From NCBI GenBank assembly GCA_021613535.1, contig CP075494.1:744001-808000 (forward strand): a stretch of 64,000 nucleotides of DNA. Reading direction: 5' to 3'. A model generated the notes under the pieces. The model was not told the origin of the DNA. It saw only the letters and a list, made by a program, of their open reading frames with translations, and searched no databases. Shown in pieces: positions 49,614 to 61,100 of this stretch. Within the stretch, counting starts at the first letter, position 1; each line of letters begins with the position of its first letter. Origin of the DNA: Adineta vaga. Its lineage: Eukaryota; Animalia; Rotifera. Position numbers and translations under genes: made by a program.

Positions 49614-51610
49614 AATTATTCTTCTCTTCAAAACTTGAAAGCAAATCCTTGTCGCTTATCGATCATTTTCTTTCTTTCATTATTTAATCCTGAACAATAA
49701 CCTCGCACTTGAAATAAACGATGAAAATGAATTGATTTCTTTCGACCTTTCTGATGGAATTGTACAAGACTACGCCCACATACATGCATGTATCATACTT
49801 CGACAATGTTGAACTATTGCTATGAACACTTCTCAGTCGAAGGAGAAGAACCGGAGGAAAGAAGAGTCGTTCCGTCAGCACATGTAATCAAAGTACTCCA
49901 AAAAACGAGCAAGAAGAAAAAGTGCAAAGGCAGGACGTGATATAAGTCGCCTACGGAAACGTGTACTTTGTTGAGGAAAACTTTTCGTCCTTAAAGCAAA
50001 CGAAGGATGATGATGTGACGAGAAGCGTGCACGATGTATGAACAAAGTCAACGAATAGAAAACCATCTTGAGGGTGAGGATGTGGGGTGAAAACTAGCTA
50101 ATCATCTACACGCACACCCACACCCTATATAGGAAAGAGAAATCAGACTGAAATTTGATCATTTGTGGTTTTTTGGATTTTAGTAATTTCCAAATCCGAA
50201 AAAATCCTACAAATCCAGAAAGATCTGAAAATCCCAAATCGCTGTTTCCAGACGGCCCAGGCTGATGCTTTCACGGAGTTGTAGGCCACATATGGGCCTT
50301 CCATCTCCACAAACTCAGCCAGCAAGCTATTGCATTTCTTGGGAGAGAAGCTATCCTGAAAAGCCCCGTTTTCGTTGAGAATCCCTTTCTAAGAGGACCA
50401 TCGTGATCGAAAGGTGCCTTGAATGTGCATTTTCGGTCATATTAGATAGATGATAAAAATTCAAGAACTCAATGTTTGGACTCGAGAATTATAATTTAGC
50501 TGGAGCTCGTATAGGTACGTGTCGATATAAAATTTCAGCTGGATTAGATAAAGTGTTCTTGAAATACAGGGTTGACAAAGTCAGATTTTTGAAGATCGTG
50601 ATTTTCAGAGCTTCTGGGAAAAAAATTTTTAAAATTCGAGACTACATTGTCGTGCAAAACGGCTTGCGCTGGCGTTCATGGAAATGTTGCCTCTAGAAGA
50701 TCTACAGAAATTGAACAAGTTCTAAGGACCTTGACTAAGCATCGTATACACGAAATGATCGCGACTTACTTGGACTGGGTCTTATTGAAAAGAGCTAGAC
50801 GGTCGGAATCAACTCAGTTATTTAATATGGGTCTTTTTTCCAGATTCGATCACAGTCTAAACTTCATTAACACTTTTCAGCAAGCGAACACATACCGTTA
50901 TTGTGAAAAGGTTTGGCTTTCATCAAGAAAAGAGGCTTTTATGGAGCAATCCATAGACGTTTGTATAATGAGTACACTTATAATCTTTGTCCACGCACTA
51001 TATCAGAGAGAAAGACGCTCAAAAAACAGTATAATCGTCGTTTTTAGAAATGATGTCAGTCATATCTAATATTGACCGATGAAATATACCTAACACGACG
51101 CCTCATCATGATGGTCCTACTATAACCAGACTGCCTCTCTTCTGTATTCAATGTGATGATTGTGTTTGTCTTATCGTTCTTCTTCTTTTCTTTCTAGATC
51201 ATACCAAAACGAAATGCGTTCGTAAAAATCAACGACTCGTGGCAAATTCCATTTTTCGTAGTTACGTTTTCCGAATAATCGAAAATCGATAAACTCTATT
51301 GACAGATATTTCATCCTTTGTAACCTTCTTTCGTATTCATTCTGAAGTGTTCCTTAACTGCAGCAACATCCTTTGTTTGATGTTAATGTTGATCGAAAAG
51401 ATTGTCATTGTCAACATTTATTTTCTATAAGAGAAAAAGATTGTCAATGACTGTTATCAGTGACGAATGTAAGACAACGATAACAGCATGTATACATATA
51501 AAATGCAGCTTCGACTATATGCATACTACTGTTTGTGAAATTGTCTCCTTACTAACCTGTGACTTGTCTAGATCGTCTACTATCAAATTTTCCTCTGAAT
51601 CATTACTGAC

Positions 51611-52292
51611 ATGGATCAAGATCTAGAATCGGAGAGAACTCCCATTATTCCCTTGTCTGACGGCACGCTCTCCGTGAAAAAACCTGATTTAATGAGCGAT
51701 CGACCATCCTGTGACACAGGCATTACCAGAACACGTGTGCTGTTATACGGGTTATTGATAATCTGTATTTGTGTATTACCTTTCACTGAACTGGTGGTTG
51801 GTAGTGTGTATATAAATGCATGTCCCATCAATCATTTTATTCCGATATACCTTATTGTTATGGGTGTTGCTATGTTAATTTCCTATCCAGTATGCTTCCT
51901 CGCGGTAAAATTCACTCGTTTCAATGTTAATATTCTATGTTTCGTTTTTTAGTATCATCTAAAACAAGGAATGAAACATATTTGCATTGGTCTGTCAATC
52001 ATATTGGTATTATTTATGTTGAGTTGGTTCCTTGTTGTGAGTAGAATTCTATTTCAGACTGTTCAAACTGCTTTACGATTATGTCTGAATTTTTCTTATT
52101 TAGGGCTCAGTTTGGGTGTATAGTAACCAGAAGACAGTTCAGTATACTACTCCTAATGATACGAATACTTACTGTAAACATGCAGTATTTTCGACTGCCC
52201 ACGTGTCACTTGTAATTTTCTATATTGTAGTCGTTTTGCCTATCCTCACTGTGTTAGGGGAGATGTTTAAGTCATGCTGCGCATGTTGTTGA
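51611..52292 (+). CDS. TMEM272-like four-TM protein, 3 exons
   Basis: 'VGSVYINACPINHFIPIYLIVMGV', then 'FMLSWFLV|GSVWVY', 'NTYCKHAVF', Cys-rich C-terminus. Confidence 0.75.
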
Positions 52293-52509
52293 TCGATATC
52301 GATTTTTTAAATATTTATTTAACTTTGTTCTGATAAACATTTGACTGGAACAACAATCATCCATAACTTATACAGAAATCTTTTCAAATTTTTCCTGTTG
52401 AATTCTTACACTTATTTGCATAGTTTTGAATACAGTACTAACAAAGCCGGATCGAATCAATGTAAGGTGTGGGTGGGTGGAATTACAAAGAGCACACACC
52501 CACACCCAT

Positions 52510-53870
52510 TTACTACGTGTGTGACCAAGAAGCCAGCATTTCGCGCAGTATGTGATTTTGTTGGCTGGTCTATACGGTGTCACCACTCGCATCATATTGC
52601 CTATGCCTATGTGCCCTAATCGTAATACTCCATTGTATTCTCTAATATCTCCCACTGAGAATCGATAGACCTTCGTCATGCGCTTGTATGAGTAGACGAT
52701 TTCTCTGAAGTTATCGGCTGAGCCAGCTGATCTTTGTACTTCCTTTGTTACTTGTTCTGTGGTAAACTCCGCTGGTATATAGCGTACCAATAAAGAAAAC
52801 TGATCAGGGATAAAATTTGGTATGTCGAATGTTACGTCACAGTTTTGAATGTTTGTGGGCCATTAATTTGGATCACTCAGAAGCTGATAGTCGATTATAT
52901 TCTTGACACCGATTTTGAGTTGTCTTCCGACATATCTGACCACTGAGAACCCTTCTCTGAGTGGAGATTGTTGATTTTGAAAATATTCAAGTAATTCGTC
53001 CGCAACTGCAACTACTGATGGTAGTTTAGTAACTTGCTGAAAATTGATGCCAAAGCAAGGTAAGTTGTGCACGACTGCCCTTTGAAGTTGATCTAAAGGA
53101 AGACAGTATTGGTTTTGCTGCGCGTTTGATGCATTCTCAATTGTAGCTCTTTGGTTTCGAGCTTCTTGCTAGTTTAGACTGTCATGTGTCACCTTTTTCG
53201 ATTTTTTTGGGCCCTTTGTCATAAAGTCATCACTTTTATTTAGACCTCGTTTGTTATCTAATACAGGAAGTATCTGGTTGAGATGCTGTATTCCATTGTT
53301 CCACGTGATGGATTATTGTTGTTGTAATTGATGCTGCTTGAGTGTCGATTATTGTTTCGCTTTTTCCGTCTGATGCCTGTTGAGTGTGCTTGATAAGTGA
53401 TTTGTTTTCGGTGAGCTTGTTTGGTAAGAATTATGATTCTGCTGTTGAGATTGAGTGCTATTGCGTTCATGGTGCTTTCCTGTGTTGGTTGTTTTTTTAG
53501 TGGTAGTTTGTCTTTAGTTGTGGATCGTTATTTTTTAAAAGTGTGTAATATTTGCCGGATGATGGATCAAAGACTACCCGAGTACCATCATCATTTATGT
53601 GGTGACCGAGGCCCTCGCTCATTTGGAGCGGTTGAGGACGTTTATTAATAAGTGACGGCGAACTGGATTTCGGCTCGTTTCTTAAAGAGGGGGATAGATG
53701 AAACCGAAAAAATCGGTGGAAGAGGAGGAGGAATGCGTGTATACTCGGGCAGAGAAAAAGCGAAAGTGAGCTAAACCCATACCCTTCTCTATTATTCAGA
53801 GAGATCATGAACATTGAACAAATCCACTAGTGATTGAAACTTAGCTCTGCGCGATTATCTGCTGCAAAAT
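52510..53870 (-). mobile_element. 5' remnant of a non-LTR retrotransposon: decayed gag-like ORF1
   Basis: 'LVRYIP', zinc knuckle 'CAKCWLLGH' cut before its last Cys; in-frame stops; no ORF2; upstream boundary approximate. Confidence 0.65.
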
Positions 53871-54035
53871 TCTACAACCGGTACGTATAGAAAGAAAACT
53901 CTGAAAACGAAACGCAACACGACTGGTTGCTCAACCAATATAGAAATCGATCTTTTATTTCTAAACAAATGCACTTCAATCTAACAGAAATTTGTATTCA
54001 AATTAAATTGTTGATAGTTCCGTTTTCTTTGAAAC

Positions 54036-54654
54036 TTAGGTTTTTATTTGTTCTGCACCCATAATTCGTTGAATTCCATCATGTACATCCTGTGGCGATT
54101 TAAGAAGAATAATTTTCGACTTTGGTGCCAACTCGTGTATAATATTCAGAACACGATTAAACCAGAGGAGTATCTCTTCACGATCCGTTGACACGTCCTT
54201 TTCCTGATATTTCCTAGATTGATCATAACCGTTGACGTAACCACCTACAACGAACAAAAGACAGATCATTTAAACCTCCAAGCCGAAGATGAGTTAGGAG
54301 AATCTAACTAACCAATTGCTACGGCATCCCATTGTTTTTCTTTCAGTGCAGCAATTATTTTCTGATCACTCTCCTGTGAATTACCAACGCCCATAAGTTT
54401 TGCATTTTTATATCCCAATCCAGCCAAGGATTTTTGTGCTTCATCAGCTCCTTTGCTACCCGCACCAATAGCTAAGACTTTCCATTCGTATGAAGCAGCT
54501 GCAGATGAGGCTGCTCTGTTGATTATAAATGTTGAAATTGAAAGACCCTAGTGAAATACACAAACGAGAGCTACATAATACTTTTCTTCTGGTCTCGCAT
54601 GAATCTTACTTTATTAATCGAAAATAAACTAGTGCTAATCAATCTGAGAGACAT
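54036..54654 (-). CDS. Small alpha/beta protein of unknown function, spliced
   Basis: Exons translate as 'WKVLAIGAGSKGADEAQKSL...WDAVAIG|GYVNG...WFNRVLNIIHELAPKSKIIL'; start codon uncertain. Confidence 0.65.
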
Positions 54655-55191
54655 ATTGTGTTTAGCTTTAAGTAGATGAAGAAAAAACGATTCTTTTTAT
54701 GTTTGCTCTAGTACACGTTGCAATATAAAAGGAAAGAAGAAAGTTCATGAATTTGTCTATACCACGCTTCGTTTTGTTCTTTTCTATCTCTACCAATAGT
54801 ATACTTTTTTTCTTTTACTCTTACCTTAGCGTCAACAAAATGTTGATGGCCATTGTCGTCTACGTGTATTTATCATATTTCTATTTCTTTCGTTCTCTAT
54901 AATGTTTAATCGAGCGTTTATCGTTTGCCCTTGTGAATATACAGTGCACTGAAACACATTTTTCATTTCTTTCAGAACCGTAATATCGTACATAGAGAGA
55001 TCTTGAGGGTGTGGGTGCTTTTTTGAGTATAGCCTGATGTCCATCCACACTCTAACAGAATTTTATGCAATTTAGTTATAATAGTTTTGCTTATTCTATA
55101 TTTTGGAAATAACTAATGAGAAACACACTTTGACAAACAACACACAATGACAAAACTGATTTGAATAAATATATTTAAGGATAAATAATGA

Positions 55192-58100
55192 TTAAAATTG
55201 CGTTTCTTGCACAATTGATTTTTCCGTCTTTTGATCTATATAGATCTATTTATAAGACAAAAAAACAAAGCAAATCTATAATCAAATATTAGAAAACTAA
55301 ACATACTTGATTCAATGCATTTAATAATTGGTCAATTTTCTCTGGAAATTGTTCAATCCAATCATAATATTCTTCATGCGTTTGCTCATCTCTTTCAACT
55401 TGAATTTTCTCTTCTGTTACTATTTTCCAACCTAAAAATTTGTTATTTTAATATTAAATTCAATTCTTCTCTATATTTATTACCTGTCCATTGTTGAAAT
55501 GTTTGAAACATAAATGAAAATATTTCATTCCTTTTATCATTGAAATTGTCTCTTGAACGACGAAAATTATCCCCAATAATTGATAAAAACATACTCATAC
55601 AAATAAATACAACAAATAGAATAAATAAACTAAAACAAAATGGTCCAAGAAATGCTGCTGAATTACTTAATTGATGTGCATCAAATTTCATTAAGGTCAT
55701 TTCAAATAACATTTGTGCTGTTCCAAATAAACTTGAACATTCAGGTAATTTGGAAATAAATAAGAAATAGAAAAGACATATAAATGACATAAATACAATA
55801 GAAAACATAAATGAAAATGATAATAATTCTTTTGCTGATAATTGAAGTGTATAAATAAATAAACAAAAACGTTGATTAAAACGACATAATTTAATTAATT
55901 GAATTGTACCAAAAAAACAACAAAAACTCAATAAATAAGTTAATAGATCATTAATATAGGAAATTAATTGTAAATCAATATAAACATATCCATTCGTTTC
56001 AGAGAATAATTTTCCAATTCGTTGATATTCTTGATAACGCCAAATATAAATTCCAAGACTTGTCCATGAACAAATAATAATTCCAAGTTGAATAAACGAC
56101 CAAAATTGAATAAAATATTTCCATTTTAATTCAAATAATGATCGTAATTCAATCCACATGAAATAGAAGATCATTAACATATAAATAATCGTACAAACTA
56201 ATTGATAAATTGATGTAAATGCTAAAAAACAAAAGAAAGAATAAGAAGTTTTTTTTTTCATATGAAAATTACCATAGAAACTAATGGGTTCGAAACGAGC
56301 AGAAGTAAAAACTCCACTTGATGAAAGAAATTCAGCAAGAAAAGTAACTGCAGTAAATAATTGAACATTTGGATTATATAGAGTTAATTGAACAATAATA
56401 GCTCGAGTTTGATTATCAATCCAACTTAATGAATGAAGTTGTGAAAGATTACTTCGAAGATCAGAAAGACGACCACGAAATTCATAAATATAACCACCAC
56501 TTCTATAATTTGTATTATTAGATTGATATTTAAATGCATTTTGAATAAATATATTATAATTAGTTGATGTTGTATTTATCCATCCGGGTTGATAAGAATC
56601 TTTATCTTCATTTGAATAACTATAATCATGTTGACATGTAGAAGAAATGAAAGTTTGTTGATGACATAAACTAGTTCGAACTCGTAATTGTCTCATTGTT
56701 GCCCAACCAATCAATCGATTAGTTTTATCATCCATAAAACCACTTAGATTTCGAGGTGATTCACCATTATACCATTGTTGTGCACGAAGATTGAAGATAA
56801 AACGATTCTCTAACCAATTCCAATATTGATTAATTGTTGAAATCTAAATAATATTTATTTAGTTTAAAGAATTCGTTTTTTAAACAGAAACAAACTTTTG
56901 TATAATCAAAATCAATTTGTCTTGAATTAAGAAAATATTTTCTAAGATGATTAACTTTGAAAAAAGCATTAGAATCACGATTTGAATAAATGATTACGTA
57001 AAGAAATGAGAGAAAACATAAGTAAAGTAATATTTCGTAAATAATTGACCGCATTTGAATTTGTTTTAAACGTTGTTGACGAAGATGAATCACTTCAGTT
57101 TCATTTAAACGATTAGCACGATTTGGAGATCGATAAGTAAATAAAGATTTATTCTAGAAAATATTTATTCTCTATTAAATTATAAAATATCAAAGAAATA
57201 AACCTTAATTGTATGAAGATATTCTTCATCAACTTCTAAACCAATATCATTATCATCCAACAGTTCATTTGCTTCTTTATCATCATTTGATTCTCGACAA
57301 AAACATGCAAATATTATTGCCAATGACACAATCTTGAAAAAGAGATATGTACATAAGTGTCTTTAGATTTGAAAATCTTAGAACATTACTTTTAATGGTT
57401 GAGTAAGAAGAATCGAAGAAAAGAAGCTACTCAAGATAGATGTTAACCATTTTTGAGTTTTTTCATCACCAAATTCAATACCACGAGCAATAATAAATAG
57501 AATTGAAAGAGCAACAAAGACAAAACATAATCCATATGCAATAAAAATACACCACCACGGAAAAGTTAATGATGATTTCTGTTGATCGACATGATTTTCT
57601 ATATTTGGTTTCACTTTACAGAGAGCTTGTCGGATAGGTGATTGATGTTTTCGACGAGGACGAAGACGACGAAATAATTGAATAAGTAACAAACTTGGAA
57701 TTAGTGCAAATAATTCCACAATAATACCAATAATTATCTTGGAATAGAAATAAAAAACAATAGGAAAAAACAAATCAGTTTTACATACTTGTTGAGGAGA
57801 AATGTAAAGTGAACCAAAGGATAAATTGGCTGAATTGTTTGATTTTGTTTCATTTGATAAATCATAATACATGATATTTAAAAACATTGAAACAAATAAA
57901 AGAACAAAACAACATGTACATCGTTGAACACGTGTAAATTGTTGTGATGGTGGTCGAGAAAAGATTGAAAACCAAAGATGACCATCTGAAATACTATGAT
58001 AAGTTCGTTTAGTTAATACAAATGAAAATTGACGTTTCTCTAATTCGCTTGCAACAGGTAAAATACGTTCAATTTTTCCATCATCTTTTTCTACAGCAAA

Positions 58101-61100
58101 CCATCGTTGACAAGTAAAATAATATTTTTCCATTGTTTGTAAATCACGAATGATTAAATATTTCAAAAACCATGATGATGATGAACCTTTTCCACTATTA
58201 TCATGCCAAATACGAATACAATTCAATAATCCCAATGATTTTGGAACACTCATAAGAAATGCATCAACACCACCTTGTTGAAGAATTTGTCGATGAGGAT
58301 CCGCAAACGTTCGAATCTGTGTATCATTCTTATCACCATGTAATACAAAATGAACCTAGAAGATAATAGATATATTCAAAATGATGTCCTTTTTTTTAAA
58401 TATCTTACATTAGATTTTGTTCCTGCATTTGTTCTTTGACCTGTAAATACAATAATTTGATAGAAATAATCATCTTCTTTATGATTATCAGGTAAAATTG
58501 TCACACCTAATTTTTCCACATCGTTCTTATCATAATAACGAGAATAAAGGATCAGAATAATATAGATAATTGATACACAAATAACTGTCAAATAGATCGT
58601 TTTATTCTTCATAAAATCGGCATTGGCAAAAACATAATTCCAATCAACTGATTCAGGTAGAATAGCAAAACCACCTGCAAATGTTGTCAGATGAGTAGAA
58701 TAACATTGTGTTTGATTATGATTAGTCAATGGACCAACTAATAATCCATCAGATTTCCATTGTTGATTTTCATTGAGATAATAACAACCAGAAGTATAGA
58801 TTCTCGAGAAATAGTTGGATGTGAAATTGATTGGTTCATTGCTAATTGGAGGATTAGTAATCGATGAGAAATTTGAACAAAGTTGATCGATTTCAGTTGC
58901 ATTTAATTCTCGTAAACCATAAATAACTGATTGATGACCAATTGTTCGTTGATTATCAATATAATAGGTATAAATATTATCATTTGTTAAATTATCAGGA
59001 CAAAAAAGTGTCCATCCATCGATCTGTTTGATTGAACTATTCAATTGTGGTATTTGATCAAATCGATAGATAAATAAATAAGCTAAACTTGTATTTAATG
59101 GTTGAATTTCCCAATGAATTGAAATAGGAAGTAATTTTGTTAAATTTAAATAATGTAAATCAAAGATAAGACGATGAGGAGTTGAATTGCTTATTGTTGT
59201 TGTAACATTTCGTAATACCATTGTTGGAATGATCCGATTAGGATCGCGAGGAATAATGATTTCAATAGATCGATTCGTTATTGTTCGAATCGATATTTCA
59301 GATTGATTGTCATCTAAAATGGAAAATGAGATTGATCTTGATAAATTTGTATTCGGTGTTGTTTTCGAATTTCCAAATGGTGCTAATGGTTCCATCATTG
59401 ACTATATATATTAAAAGATCATTTCTCAAAAAAAATTCATTACAAAGAATATATTGATGAACTCACTCGAATAGATATTTTATCATACGTAGAAAGATAA
59501 GAATTGAAATGAGAAGGAAGTTGAACTTGTGCATTTCCAATTGTTTTTGTAAATTGATTTGAAAGTGACTGAATAGATTTTGTTTCTAATGTCATCAATA
59601 CTTGTGATGTTTCAATATGAAAATCTTGTCCAATATTTAAATGAATATTTAATGTTGAAGTTAATAATGAAATTAATTTATTCATTTCAGATTTGATTTG
59701 ATTTGCTAATTCTTTTTGATAATAAATTATTCGATTCTTTTCTATTGTTTCCAATGAAGAATCATCATCATCAGAAAATAAATCTAAATATTATAACATA
59801 TTAAACGATTAGAAAAATGAAATATTATTATACTTGGATTAGCCCATTGTGTTTCAAGATCAGTATCATAATCTTTTGGAAATTCTGTAGTTCGAATTGA
59901 ATCTAAATCAAGAATAGTTGTTCTTTCTTGTAATGGTCCATTGACAGCCTATAGGATTCAATGAAGATATTTTTAATATAGATTTATGAAAGAGATAACT
60001 TACATTTAATACATTAGCAGCACATTGAAGAAGATCAGTTGATGCAAGTTGAACATCTTCAAATGAAATTTTAGTTTTCATTGAATTTAAAGCTAAAGCT
60101 AATTGATAACAACGATTAGAAGCAATTGTCTAAAAGAAAATAAAATAAATTTACAAAAGATTAAATTAAACAGAATTGAATTATACTAAAGTATTTCGTG
60201 TTAATTCATTTGTTGCTTTTGTAAATTGAGCTAATGATGATGCTTGTAATTTAATACTATTTGATGTTGTTATAGGAAGTTCTGTAAGAAATGTAATAAG
60301 ATAATCTCGAGTTGAAGCACGAGAATTTAATTCTTTATTAAATTCATCTAATACTGATTGATTCAATGGTAATGATGACTATAATATTAGAAAACTAGAC
60401 TAAAAATATTTGATATTAAATATAGAATTACCTGTTGTGTACTTTCAGTTAATAATGATGATACTGAAATACTTGTAACTGAAATACCATCTATAATATA
60501 ACAAAAAGAATAAAATGAATCAATTCTAAATAATTTATTTTAAAGATTTACTTGAAATGGCTTTATCAATATTTTCATTACTCATTTCATTGAACTGTTG
60601 TGCTACTAAAGTCATAACTTGTCCAACTAAATTTTGATTTTTACTTGCAAGTAATTGTATAATTGGATTTGTACCAATATTCTCAGATGGATTTTGAGTA
60701 TAATTTATTAAATCATTAATTATTGTTAAATCTGGAAGTACAGTAACTGATGAAAGATTAAATTCAGTGATACAATCTAATTGATCACGAATATGAACAG
60801 TTAAGTAGAGTAATGATGTTTGATTATCACCAATTGGTAAATACATTTGGAATGTTGGTAGATTTGAAAAAGAAATAATCATTCTTTTAGTTGGATCATT
60901 CGTCCAACCTAATAAAAAGAAAAGAAAATGATTTATCTTGATTATTTGAAAAGTTTTCAATATACCATAGACAGTATAATCTTTAATTCCATCTGCATCA
61001 ACATAATCTTTGCATGAAACAGTGAATAAACTACTTGCAGTTCCATTTAAAGGATCAATAAAACATGAACCATCCGAAGGTGGTTGATTAATACGAAAAT

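Noticed and set aside
50130-50840. TE-like non-coding segment (similar ones at 5715-5893 and 47220-47720)
   Set aside because: Composition suggests DNA-transposon relics, but no convincing paired termini or TSD could be defined
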